DNA of 64,000 bases, taken from the NCBI RefSeq assembly GCF_036321535.1, contig NC_087472.1, positions 98,892,001-98,956,000 on the forward strand, written 5' to 3'. The notes below the pieces were generated by a model that saw only the letters and a program-made list of their open reading frames with translations, made no database searches and had not been told where the DNA came from. This DNA is from Camelus dromedarius (lineage: Eukaryota). The position numbers were made by a program, and so were the translations under genes. The first letter of the stretch is position 1. Each line of letters opens with the position of its first letter. Shown here in pieces: positions 39,230 to 52,469 of this stretch.

Positions 39230-41098
39230 TTTTGTTGTAGTAAAAAATACACAACATGAGACCTACCTTCTTAACACATTTTTAAGTATACACTACAGTA
39301 TTGCTAACTATATGCACATTGTTCTACAGCAGATCTCTAGAATGTTTTCATTTTGCATTACTGAAACTCTATACCTATCAAACAGCAACTACCCATTCCC
39401 TCCCCTTAGCCCCTGGCAAGCACCATTCTAATTTGTGGCTTTATGAGTTTAACTACTTTAGATACTTCATATAAGTGTCTTTCTGTGATTGGCTTATTTC
39501 ACTTAGCATAATGTCCTTGAGGTTCATCTATCTTGTAGCATATGACAAAATTTTCTAATTTTTAAGGCTAAATTCCACTGTATGTATATACTACATTTCA
39601 TTTATCCATTCATATGCCAATGAACATTTAGGTTGTTTCTACATTTTGATCATTGTGACTAATGCTGCAGTGAAGATAGAATGTAAATATCTCTTCAAGA
39701 TTTTTTTTTTAATTCTTTAGGATAAATACATAGAAGTGGGATTGCTGGATCATAATCTGATAGTTGTGTTTTTAAATTTTTTGAGGAACCTCTGTACTAT
39801 TTCCATAGCAGATGTACCATTTTACTTTCCTACCAGCAGTGCACAAGGGTCCCAGTTTCTCTATATTCTCACCAATGCTTATTATTTTTCCGTTTTTTCT
39901 TTCTTTTTTTTTTTTTTTTTTATAATGACCATCCTCACACATATGAGGTGATATCTCATTGTGATTTTGATTTGCATTTCCCTGATGATTAGTGATGTTG
40001 GCCATCTTTACATAAACCTGTTGGCCATTTGGATGTCTTCTTTTTTATGCAACTAAATCCTTTGCCCAGTTTTAATCAGGTTTTTGATATTTTTTGCTAT
40101 TGAATGGTAGTGGTTCCTTATATTTTTGGGGTATTAACCCCCATAACATATACAGTTTGCATTATTTTCTCCTACTCCATAGGTTTCCTTTCCATTTTGT
40201 TGATTGTTTCCTTTGCTGCGAAGAAGCTTTTTAGTTTGATATAGTCCTACTTGTCTATTTTCAATTTTTTCACCTGTGCTTTTGGTGTTGTAGTCAAGAA
40301 ATCATTGCCAATACCAATTTCTTGAAGCTAATCCCTTATGTTTTCTCCTGTGGGTTTTACAGTTTCAGTTTCAGGTCTTACATTCAAGTCTTTGATCCAT
40401 TTTGAGTTGATTTTCATGTATGGCATAAGGTAAGGGTCCAATTTCATTCTGGATATCCAGTTCCCCCAACACCATTTGTTGAACAGCCTGTCTTTCCCAC
40501 ATGGTGTAGTCTTGGCACCCTTGTCAAACACCAGCTCACCTTATATGTGCAGGTTTATTTCTGGGCTCCCTATTTTGCTCCACTGGTATATATGTCTGTC
40601 TTTATGCCAGTACCATATTGGTTGGATTACTGTAACTTTGTAATATGTTTTGAAATCAGAATGTGTGAGGTCTCCAGCTTTGTTCTTTCTCAAGATTGTC
40701 TTGGCTATTTGGGATACCTTGTTGTTCCACATGAATTTAAGGATTTTTTTTTAATGCTGTATAAAAATGCCATTGGGTTTTTGACATAGATTGCCTTGAA
40801 TCTGTAGATCACTTTGGGCAGTATGGACATTTAACAATATTAAGTCTTCCAATCCATAAACACAGGGTGGCTGTGTTATTTGGTTCTTCTTTAATTTCAT
40901 TCAGCAATGTTTTGTAGTTTTCATTGTAAAGGCTTTCACCTCCTTGGTTAAGTTTATTCCCAAATATTTTACTCTTTTTGATGCTATGTAAATAAGGTGA
41001 TTTTCTTAATTTTTCTTTCAAATTGTTTGTTATTAGTATATTGAAAGACACATGATTTTTGTACCTGCAACTTTGCTGAAATTATTTATTTTTTCTAG
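39230..41098 (-). mobile_element. L1MA9-like 3'UTR plus ORF2 3' part (copy B)
   Basis: 3' end ACATGAGACCTACCTTCTTAACACATTTTTAAGT...CAGCAGATCTCTAGAA; ORF2 fragments (FDKGAKTT...[10 protein letters not shown]). Confidence 0.93.
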
Positions 41099-41805
41099 GA
41101 GAGATAAGTGTCTTTAATGCAGAACACTTGTTTCTCTGTGAATCTGTCAAATGTCCTCCAGCCTGGTCTGTTTGTACTCCTACATTTTTTTCTTTAGTTA
41201 GTCATTCTTGTCTGCTTCTCCAGGACCCTAAGATCATAAAATGTAACTAGCTAGGTAGTCAAGCTGTTGACGTGCCAAAGACCCAACCACAGTGAGGTCT
41301 TCCAAAAGAACAGGACAGAACCCAGAACCCAAGGCAGGGCTAAACTTGTTCTGGCTAGTGATGTGGGTCTAGCCATGATGCTTTGTTGTCCTGGGGTCTA
41401 GGAATCAGAAATGGCATCAGGTAACCCCTCTGTACTAGCAAACCTGAATTTCACAAAGCATTGCTTCTATTTCCTCAGTGTCAGCCACCATGAATAACAC
41501 AACCAACTACCATTTTACATTTTGCAGGCTCTGGATTACTTCAAAGAAATTCTCAGACAATTTCCTGAAGGCTCTAAAGTAGCCATACACTGTTGTTTTT
41601 TTTTTTTTTTTAACTACATAATGATTCCCTTGGATTAGGGCAATTTTCCACATTTCACATCAGCTTTTCCAATGTAGTTGATATAAAATACTTTTTTTCT
41701 CAGTTCAGAAGGACCACTTAAATTGGTCTTTAGATAACACTGGTGAAAAAGGTGTGTTCCTTTGTCATAATACAATAAAAATTAGAATATATTATGCCAA
41801 TTGAC

Positions 41806-41873
41806 TTTAATATTTATGCCTTGACAAAATAATTTCATTTAATATTTATGCCTTGACATAATAATTTCATTTA
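41806..41873. repeat. 32-bp tandem duplication (1 mismatch)
   Basis: TTTAATATTTATGCCTTGACA(A/T)AATAATTTCA twice. Confidence 0.95.
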
Positions 41874-43674
41874 TAGACATATAAACCAAGAAAATAACCT
41901 GAACTAGAGAAAAGATTTTATGCTCATATATATTTATTATAACATTATTTTTAATGGTGAAAAGCTAGAAACACCCTATGAAGCTAACACTAGAAGGATG
42001 GTTCAATTAACCATTAAAATTATGCTCATGAGGAGATTTTGAGAGAACTGAAAAGTAATTGCTGTAATACTAAGAGGAAAGAACATTTAAAATAGTATAT
42101 GTAGTCTAATTAAAGTTTTTAAAGAAAAATACACAAAAATCTATACACAAGAAAACATCTGTCAAGAAATATACTACAGCAGTGGCTCCCAACTTTTCAT
42201 GTATGAGAACCCTAATCAAAAACTCACCATAGATTTCTGGTTCCAGTCAGAATGGAGTAGTTCCATTCCTCCCAGGACCTCTCTTTTATATCTAAAAAAA
42301 TCCCTGGATGTAACAGCAAACAAGCATAGGAAGACTGAAAGGTGGTAAGAAGAAGATAGACTACCTAGGAATCTTGGGACTGAAGGAAAGACACAGTGGT
42401 GAAGTTCCCTGGGGTGTCTTACAGTCTCCCATATGTCTTAGATGATACAGAAGCCTCCAACCCAAACCACCAACAGGCACAGACCCAAAAAAATCTCCAA
42501 GAAAAGCTTATTATCCTTTTCCAAAGGACTGGAGAAAGGGTCACCTAGTAACAGACAAACTTTTTAGCAGTACCTGCCCTACTTCAGGTAAACACCAATG
42601 GAGGAATTGCACCACTCTAACTGACAGTTTCAGTGAGGTCCAGCTGGGAAGTGAGCTTTTGTCTGCATCCTGCAGCAACAAATCAGTGTGTCAGCCCTTT
42701 GCTTCCCCTCTCCCTGGTGTCATTGGGGATTGGGGTGGGTGGGGCAAGGAGCTACAATTACACCTCCACTCAAAGACAACAAGGCAGTGAGAGTTGGTGC
42801 CCTATTTTTGCCAGGAAGGTGTCAGCAGGGCCAAGGGGGCAGCTGAACTTCCACTCCAACCATTTGCAATGAGGCAGTATAAGTTCATACTTCTAAGTAA
42901 TCCATGAATCAAAACGGGAGTCTCAAAGGAAATTTTAAAAATACATAGAACTCAATGCAAATGAAAATATAACATATCAAAAATATGTGATACACAGCTA
43001 AAGCAGTGCTGAGAGAGAAATTTATACCACTGAATGCTTCTGTTAGAAAATAGGACAAGTCTCAAATCAATAATCTAACTTCCTACCTCAAAGAACTACA
43101 AAAAAGAGCAAAATAAACTCAAAGCAAGTAGAAGGAAGTAAATAATAAGAACAGATAACAATGAAATTGAAAAGAGGAAAATAATAGAGAAAATTAATGG
43201 AACAAAAGCTGGTTTTTAGAAAAAAATCAATAAAACTGATAAATGTCTATCAACACTGACAGTGACTGAAAGAGAGAAGACAAAAATCATCAACATCAGG
43301 AATGAAGCGGGGTATCACTATAGATCCAGCAGAGAACACTACAAAGAAGTTTGTGCTCATAAATTCTAAAACTTAGGAAGAAATAGACCAATTCCTTAAA
43401 AACTACAAATTACCAAATTAAACCAAGATGAAATAGTTAATCTGAATAGTTCTATAGTTGTTAAAGAAATGAGTTCATAATTTAAAATCTCCCCCAAAAA
43501 GAAATCTCTAGGCCCAGATGGCTTCATTGGAGAAGTCTACCAAACACTTAAAGAAGAATTAGCACCAATTTATACAATCTCTTCTGAAGAATATAGGGGA
43601 AGGGAACATTTTACAATTCATTTTATGAGGCTAGTGTTACCCTCACATCAAAACTAGACAAAAGCAGTGCAACA

Positions 43675-43719
43675 GAAAGGAAGGAAGGAAGGAAAGAAAA
43701 GAAAAGAAAAAAAGAAAAA
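43675..43719. repeat. (GGAA)n/(GAAAA)n purine repeat
   Basis: Seen directly. Confidence 0.85.
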
Positions 43720-43811
43720 TTGAAAAAGACTACATACAAATTTTTTTCATGGACTTATATGCAAAAATCCTCAAGAAACATCAGCAAATCAAATCCAGAA
43801 ATGTATTAAAA

Positions 43812-44552
43812 ATACAGAAGAGACAAGAATATACAATGAGGGGAAAGACAACCTCTTCAATAAGTGGTGCTGGGAAAACTGGAGAGCTGCATGCAAAAGA
43901 ATCAAACTAGACTACTCTCTCACACTACATACAAAAATAAACTCAAAATTGATTAAAGACTTAAATGTAAGATCTGAAACCATAAAACTCTTAGAAGAAA
44001 ACAGGCAACGTGCTCTTTGGCATTGGTCTTAGCAATATTTTTTTTGGATGTGTCTCCTCAGACAAGGGCAACAAAGGCAAAAATAAATAAATGAGACTAC
44101 ATCAAACTGAAAAGCTCTTCCACAGTAATGGAAACTATCAACAAAACAGAAAGGCAACCTACTGAATGGGAGAAGATATTTACAAATGATATATCTAATA
44201 AGAGGTTAATATCCAAAATATATAAAGAACTCATACAACTCAATATTTTTAAAAAATCTGATTTTAAAATGTGCAGAGGACCTGAATAGGCATTTTTCCA
44301 TAGAGGACATACAGATGGCCAACAGGCACATGAAGAGGTGCTCAACATCTCTAACCATCAGGGAAATGCAAATCAAAACCACAGTCACCTTACACCTGTC
44401 AGAATGGCTGTTAACAAAAAGACAACAAATAACAAGTATTGTTGAGGTGTAAAGTGATCCCTTATGCACTGTTGGTAGGAATGTAAATTGGTGCAGCCAC
44501 TATGGAAAACAGTATGAAATTTCCTCAAAAAATTAAAAATAGAACTACTATA
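43812..44552 (+). mobile_element. Internal ORF2 fragment of a different, less decayed L1
   Basis: CTCTTCAATAAGTGGTGCTGGGAAAACTGG...AAAATAGAACTACTATATG; no tail or TSD visible. Confidence 0.85.
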
Positions 44553-47500
44553 TGTGTGCTCATGGATTAAAAGATTCAACCTAGTAAAACTGCCAGTTCT
44601 CCTTAAACTGATATGCAGATTTAATACAATTCCTATCAAAATCCTAGCAAGGTTTTTTTTTTGTGTGTGTGTGAACATAAACAAGCTTATTCTAATATTT
44701 ATGTGGGAAGGCACTGGACCTAGAAAAGCTAAACAATTGTGAAACAGAATAATAGTGGGAAGAATCACTCTACCTGATGTTAAAGCTTACTATATAGCAA
44801 CAGTAATCAAAACAGTGTGGCATCAGCAGAATGATAGGCACATAGATTCATGGAACAGAATAGAGAACCAAGAAATGGACACATATAAATATGCCCTACT
44901 GATTTTTGACAAAGATACAAAAGCAATTTAATGGAGGAAGGATAGCCTTTTAAACAAATGTTGCTGACACAATTGGGCATCTATAGACAAAATAAGCAAA
45001 TAAACAAAAACTCAGCCTAAACTTCATACTTGATACAAAAATCAACTGAAAATGGATAATGGACATATTCTTTACATGTAAACATAAATATAAATATAAA
45101 CTTTAAGAAATAAACAGAAAATCTTTGGGAACTTGAGCTAGACAAAGAGCTTTTAGACTTGATACCAAAAGCATAATTCATAAGAGGAAAAAATTATAAA
45201 TTGGACCTCATTCAAACAAAAAACTTTTTATCTGACAACCACCTGGTGAAGAGGGTGAAAAGATAAGCCAGAGACTGGGAGAAAATATTTTCAAACTCTA
45301 TGACCTACAAAGAGAACTCTGAAAACTCAGAAGTGAAAAAAACAATTCGAGTAGAAAATGGACAAAAGACAGGAACAGACATCACACTGAAGAAGATATA
45401 ACAATGGGAAAAAGCACGTGAAATGAATTTTAACATTATTAACCATTGGAAAATGCAAATTCAAAGCATGAGATATCATTACATTCCTATAAGAATTGCT
45501 AAAATTAAAAATGGTGACAACATCAAATGCTGCAAGGATGTTGAGAAACTTGATCAATCATATACTGCTGGTGGGAATGTAAAATGGTACAGCATCTCTG
45601 GAAACAAGTATGGTGGTTTCTTACAAAACTGAACATGCACCTGCCATGTGACTCAGCAGTTACCCACTTGTGCATTTATCCTCAAGAAACAAAAAATGAT
45701 GTTTACACAAAAACCTGTGAATAAATGTTCATAGCAGCTTCATTCATAATAGCTCAAACTGGAAACAATGCAGATGCCCTTCAACAGGTGAGCAGTTAAA
45801 CAAACTGTGGCATATCCATACCATGGAATACTACTTAGCAATAAAAAATAATAAATTCTAGCTATATGTAACAACCTGGATAAATTTCCTGGGAATTAGG
45901 CTGAGTGGAAAAACCGATCTCAAGAGGTTAATAATGTATGATGTCATTTATATAGCATTCTTGAAATGACAAAACTATAGAATTTAAGGATCTTTTGGTT
46001 ATCTCTAAGTTACTGTGTATATCATGTATAATGTATAGATTAGAATTAAATTACAAAAAAAACAACCCTGCAACAATTAGAAGTATCCAACAACAGTAAC
46101 ATTAACGTTGCACTGAACACAATTTAACTTTATTTTAGATTCAGAATCTTGTACCCTCTCAAAACCATCTTCATAAAAGCATTTCTTACTGTGAAATGAA
46201 CAATTGCCAATTCATATAAATTTCTTGTCTATAGGAATCTGGATCAAAGAAAAACTCTTTGCTTTTTTTTTTAGCAATTCATGGAAAATTATACTAACTA
46301 GAACATTAAATCATTTATGAACATTAAATATAAGATTAAGTGTTGAGACATTTCCAAAAACTTGAAATAAGTATTTAAGTTGTCATTTGATACATTCATT
46401 TTTCAAAATACTTCTTTGATTAAACCGAATGAAATATTTTTATAAGGTAATATCTCATCTTTTCTGTGTTTATGAGAATTGGTATGGAGTAGGTTCAGGC
46501 CTCCTTCACGGCTGGACCAGCTAATAAATCTTTACCAAGGGTTTACATTCCTATGCTACATAGTCAGGCCTAGGCTCTCTCCTGGACCATGAGGCCCTGC
46601 TTAATTTATGCTGACTTCTCTTCTCCTCCCACAACCCAACATTTTGTCAGTCCTAGTTGAGAGAGCCAAGCTAATTTCATATTAAATTTTAGAAAGAAGC
46701 AGTTTTTTTTTCCTTCAACACTAAGCTATTTGTGGGACAGAAAACAACAAAAATAACAATAAGAACTACTTTTGAGGTTCTGCATATTCCAAATGGTAAA
46801 TAAAACCTCTTTGCAAGGCAAACATCTTTTCCAGGGCACTGAGAAGCTTTTGCTTCCTATTGGCCTGCAAGCTCCTACATCTGTGTATTACTTCTGCCTG
46901 TCAGTCTCCAATACCTCAAGATGAATTTTTATTAATAACCATGGGGGTCAGACATGGACCTGCATGATCCTTAAAGATAAGTGCAAGGAATCCAGATTAG
47001 AAGCAGAGCGAAAAAAAGAGAAAGAGAAGATTCGTTTCTAAAGCATTTATTTCAATACCAAACATGGAAGCCAAAGAGTAGAAGATCAAGAGTGGGGCAG
47101 GGCTGTGTATGGGCATGTTGGAAAGCAAGCACTGTCCATGAGTGCTCTGTGGATTTTGCTCTGTTTTCCTGCAATAACTTTCCAAGTACCTTAAATATTC
47201 TGATAAAATATTCCCAGGGTCAGTTTTGCTGATTGAGAAGGCCAACCACTACTTATGTGGTATGACTACCCCCAAATACCTCCCTCATGCCAAGGCCATC
47301 ATACCAGAAATTTCCACATTGGAAGTGTATCCCTTTGAACCTCTGGAGTTTCTGGTGTGTGAAATAGTGCATTTTAAGTCCTCTTTCTGGAGTCAACAGG
47401 CTATAAATTATAAATAAATAAAGAAGGAAGGGAACGTTAAGAAGCAAATACCTCTGGGACTCATCATAGCACTTCACCCTTGATTTGCTGAATTCAAGGC

Positions 47501-49237
47501 CCTGAGAATTTTGCCTCATGTAGGGCTGAGTCTGGGGCCTTTGAAAAACTGGAAGGAGGGATGGGAGGGGCCAAAAGAAAGGCTCTGCTTCCTTCCAGTG
47601 TTAGTGGGAACAGCAGCATCTGTTGCTCTTGTTGCATACTGCCCCCAGTTCCTCCCATCTGGTAAATGAGCTCATCACTGCAGTTAATGGCTCTTATTAG
47701 CTCTAGTGGCAAGAAAGGAAAGTTCTAGGCTTTTCTACCAAAAATCACCCTTTCTCTTACTCTCTATCTTTAAATGAAGTAAAGCTCTTCGGTGAAAGCA
47801 GAGCCTCTTTGTTAGATAAAACCTAAAGGGCTAAACAAAGTAAAGCTAGATTTCTTATGGATACATATGTATACATTTGATTTAATCAAACCAGCTTTTT
47901 TGTTATTTAAAATCACAAAATTATAAGTATCTGATTATAAAATTAATAGGTATTCATTAGAAAGAAATTTTGAGAGATAAAAAAGTATTAAAGAAAAATA
48001 ATTCTGCACTCCAACACTATGACAGCTAATGTTTTAAATAGAAATTGTGAACTTTAATTTTAATTGGCTATAACCAAAAGAAAAATACAATAGTAAAACT
48101 GAAGGAATTAAGCAAGCAATATCTTAAGTGATTTCTTTTAACTAATAATAAAAACTGTGAACAATAGGATGAAATGGATTATTATTAGATTTTGGAAAAA
48201 ATTTTCATGAATCTGAATATGAATGGGCATAAGTTTAAGTTTACAAGAATCGAAAAGCCACCTGTCTTATAAAAATTTTAAAGTGCCACTAACAAAAAGC
48301 ATCAAGATGATATCAAATCAAACTGATCAATAATTCAATTTTTTAAGGACTGTATTCACCAAAACCCACTTTTAAAATGGTCTTTTTAGGAGATGATTTT
48401 AGGGGAAGATCTGATTTATAAGTAAAATGCACCATAAAATGAAAATAACTTCTAGGGTTAAACAAGCTCATCATACATAAACAGCTAGAGCTATAACTTA
48501 TTGTAACTCCAAAGAGATTATATCAGAATTCATAGAATTGTCTCTCTCCTTCTTCCTGATTTATCTGATCAGTGAAGGTGTGGCTTTGTCATACATTATT
48601 TATGAACTCCATTTGTTTAAAATTATACTTTGTTTTAGTGTACTTCATATTTAAATCTTGACTTTCTTATGAAGTTTTCTGTTTTCCCTACATATCCTAT
48701 TGCCATTGTTATCTTAATTAGAAGAGTCAGATACTTTCCTCTAATTAGCATTGAGCCATAGGTGTACTTCTGTGTTCCTAATCATGTAATTAATATAATT
48801 TGGAAATTGTATTCACATTCATCTTCCATACATGCTTCTTCGCCACACTTAGGTGAAAGGAAGAACTTATAACTTTATGTGATCCCCTCCCTTCACTCTA
48901 CTTAGTCTTCGTAGAAGATTAGGCTTAGGAGGTAAGAGTAGGATTGTGAGACCTTAGGCAAGCCATTTTACCTCTGTCATTCTCAGTTTCTGCCATAGGG
49001 AAAATGAGTTTTGGACTAGAAAGTGTATTTTGAAATACACTTATCATTACACCTATCATACACTTATCATTATTACTATTATTATTGATTATGCAACAAC
49101 ATTTTTGTTTTAACAAGTGAAATTGTATGCACAACCCAATGTGTAAAACAGATGGATCTAATGTAACATATGGACCTAAATGGTTAAATGGGAGCATGAA
49201 AGCATTGCCCACTTGACCTCCCCTTTTCTCCGTATGT

Positions 49238-49965
49238 GCTATTCATACATTCATTTGAACAATTTTTACCAAGTACATGCTGTGTGTCAGGAACTCTTGT
49301 AGATGCTGGAGATACTGAACACAGAGTTGGGAAAAAATGTGCACAATTGGCTCTTATGTGTCCGTTCAAGCAGGCTCCAGGACACCACTGAGTATAAGAA
49401 AACTAAAATTAGTGAAGGATGATTTCACGTTTTTTGTCCTGAGCAACAGAGGGGATGATGTGGTCATCAAATAAGATGGGTTACACTATGGGTGGATCAA
49501 GTTGAGGGCATCGCAGACCAGGAGTTCAGCTTTGGGCATATTAATTAAGGATGTCTCTTAGATATCCAAGTGTAGACATCAAGTAGGTAGCAGGATATAT
49601 GATTCTGAGGTTCTGAGAAGACATAGAGGGTGAATATATGAATACTATGAATGTGAACACCAGGAACCTGTAAATGGTATTTAAAGCCATGAAACTGGAT
49701 GACAACACCGAAAGAATGAATGTAAATATAGAAGAGATGAAGTCCAAGGCCTGAGCTCTAGGAAATCTGATGATTAGAGGTACATGAGAGAAAGAGGAAT
49801 CAGCAGGGGAGACAGAGAAACAACAGCCAGAGTTAGGAGGAAAAACTACATGAATTTAATGTCCTGGAAGCAAAGTAAAGAAAATGATTCAAGTAGAAAT
49901 AGTGATAAACTGTGCCAAATGCTTCTTCAAGGTCAAGAAAGACGAGGATTGAGAATTGACCAGCA
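49238..49965 (-). mobile_element. L2a fragments
   Basis: ATTCATACATTCATTTG tail; TTAGATATCCAAGTGTAGACATCAAGTAGGTAG; GGTATTTAAAGCCATGAAACTGGATGA. Confidence 0.85.
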
Positions 49966-50260
49966 AGAAAAGTCCACAGAACCTGGAACTTGGAATCCTG
50001 TTTTAAAACTACAGAGCTAAAATCCAATGACTCTTTTCTAGTCTGAATCTCTTCATGGAATCCACTTCCATGTGACATATAATGAGGATATTTTCACTGC
50101 CAGGGCTTTGCCTATCACTTTTGTTGACCTCCTTGACAATATCACCTGCTACCATACGCTTCCCTAAGGCATTTATCTGCAGCAATTAACTTCCTTCTAC
50201 CATGTGTGGCTGTGCTCAACACAGCCCTTAAACCTGGGCAAACTGAGCCCCTCCCCCAGG

Positions 50261-50280
50261 CCCCCCCCCCCCCCCCCCCC
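50261..50280. repeat. Poly-C run (C20)
   Basis: Seen directly. Confidence 0.95.
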
Positions 50281-51114
50281 GGTCCAGGCCACACAAGGGG
50301 CCCAGTGCTTTAGCATACCTTCCTTGAAAATTTCCTAGAGACCTTCTGGTATATCTGGGACTGGGTGAGGTCAATAATCTCTTCTGGGAGGCCACTCCTG
50401 GACCAGGACAAGGAAAAATATTCTTTCTGCTCCCCTCACCCTGCTCAAGTGCCCCTTATCTCTCTTTCCTAAGAAGAAGATCTACATTATTTCAATACAA
50501 AGAAGTTCCGAAGAATCATGGTGTTGTGGATAATAAGTGTTGTTACCTTTTTCTTCTGTTGGGAGATAGGAAATTATCAAGGAATGGCACATTTGAAAAT
50601 AAGAACATGAAGATATCATTACAGGATCTGAACAAAAAGATACAGTGCCTAGATACCACAAAGAATCTTTATGTGCTTTGATTGGGCAATAAACAAATAT
50701 GAAAATACCTCTTCTCTACCCATAATCCTAAATATTCATCATTAAATCAAATGGGCCCATGAATTTTGTCATACATTTTAAAATCAAATTGTGCATATAG
50801 ACAGAAACCTTGCAAAAAATATTTGCTTGGAGCACCACACACCCTAGGGAAGACCCTAACTGTTTGTCATCAGGTGCACCCTTACCCCCATCTCATGGGA
50901 TATATTGACTTTCAAGTCCCTGCATCTATCAATGCCAAATAAGTTTGGAACATTAGCCTTGACAATCCACCTTAAAATGGAAAATGTTATTACTCAGTGT
51001 GAATTTACAGTTTTGAATGCATTCAGTTTTCTTGGGAGTTCTAAGATAGGAGCATCCACTTGCTTCTCTGTCTTTCTTCTAAGGTTATCACCTGTTAAAG
51101 CAACCCTAGCTCTT

Positions 51115-52220
51115 TTTTTTTTTTAACATCTTTTTATTGAGTAATAGTCATTTTACAATGTTGTATCAAATTCCAGTGTAGAGCACAATTTTTCAGTTAT
51201 ACATGAACATACATATATTCATTGTCACATTTTTTTCACTGTGAGCTACCATAAGATCTTGTATATATTTCCCTGTGCTATACAGTACAATCTTGTTTAT
51301 CTATTCTACATTTTGAAATCCCAGTCTGTCCCTTCCCAGCCCCCATCCCCTTGGCAACCACAAGTTTGTACACTATGTCTATGAGTCTGTTTTGTATTTA
51401 TGTTCATCTTTTTTTTTAGATTCCACATATGAGTGACCTCATATGGTATTTTTCTTTCTCTTTCTGGCTTACTTCACTTAGAATGACATTCTCCAGGGAC
51501 ATCCACGTTGCTGCAGATGGCATTATGTTGTCAGTTTTTATGGCTGAACAGTATTCCATTGTATAAATATACCACCACTTCTTTATCCAGTCATCTGTTG
51601 ATGGACATTTAGGCTGTTTCCATGTCTTGGCTATTGTCAATAGTGCTGCTATGAACATTGGGGTGCAGGTGTCATCCTGAAGTAGGGTTCCTTCTGGATA
51701 TATGCCCAGGAGCAGGATTCCTGGGTCATATGGTAAGTCTATTCCTAGTCTTTTGAGGAATCTCCATACTGTTTTCCACAGTGGCTGCACCAACCTGCAT
51801 TCCCATCCGCAGTGTAGGAGGGTTCCCTTTCCTCCACAGCCTCTCCAGCATTTGTCATTTGTGGACTTTTGAATGATGGCCATTCTGACTGGTGTGAGGT
51901 GATACCTCATTGTAGTTTTGATTTGCATTTCTCTGATAATTAGTGATATTGAGCATTTTTTCATGTGCTTATTGATCATTTGTATGTCTTCCTTGGAGGA
52001 TTGACTTGTTAGGTCTTTTGCCTATTTTTGGATTGGGTTGTTTGTTTTTTTTTCTTATTAAGTTGTATGAGCTGCTTATATATTCTGGAGATGAAGCCTT
52101 TGTCAGTTTCATTTGCAAAAATTTTCTCCCATTCTGTAGGTTGTCGTTTTGTTTTGCTTATGGTTTCCTTTGCTGTGCAGAAGCTTGTAAGTTTAATTAG
52201 GTCTCATTTGTTTATTCTTG
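51115..52220 (-). mobile_element. Young 5'-truncated L1 (about 1.1 kb), camelid-type 3'UTR
   Basis: Poly-T on the left; perfect 19-bp TSD TAAAGCAACCCTAGCTCTT at 51096-51114 and 52221-52239; TCTT/AA endonuclease-type site. Confidence 0.97.
51416..51979 (-). pseudogene. L1 ORF2p C-terminal remnant (187 aa open frame)
   Basis: [19 protein letters not shown]; Cys-rich [18 protein letters not shown]; terminal SLICGI-stop. Confidence 0.93.
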
Positions 52221-52469
52221 TAAAGCAACCCTAGCTCTTAAAAGGATGTTATTTCAAAATGAAAATACCTTTACTAAGTGCTAGTATGTGTAATACAAAT
52301 TCTCTTATGGAAACTAGTTAGTATAATGCAACATATAATTAATTCTAGAAGACCTGTTAAATAAACATGTTAATCACAGCCTAAGTGTGGAAACGACCTA
52401 AATGTATAACTGTAGATGAAATGGTTAATCTTGCTATATGTACTTGGTAGAATATTATGCCATCATTTT

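Larger units (their letters stand above)
42232..45985 (+). mobile_element. L1MC-like element: 5'UTR-like part (about 42232-42880) joined to ORF2 and partial 3'UTR, with internal deletions
   Basis: Start GATTTCTGGTTCCAGTCAGAATGGAGT resembles old L1 5' ends; ORF2 similarity at 42885-43811 and 44553 onward, parallel to 24800-26200. Confidence 0.8.

Noticed and set aside
46000..46470. Possible hAT transposase remnant on the minus strand
   Set aside because: Only a vague peptide resemblance; cannot be supported without an HMM search.
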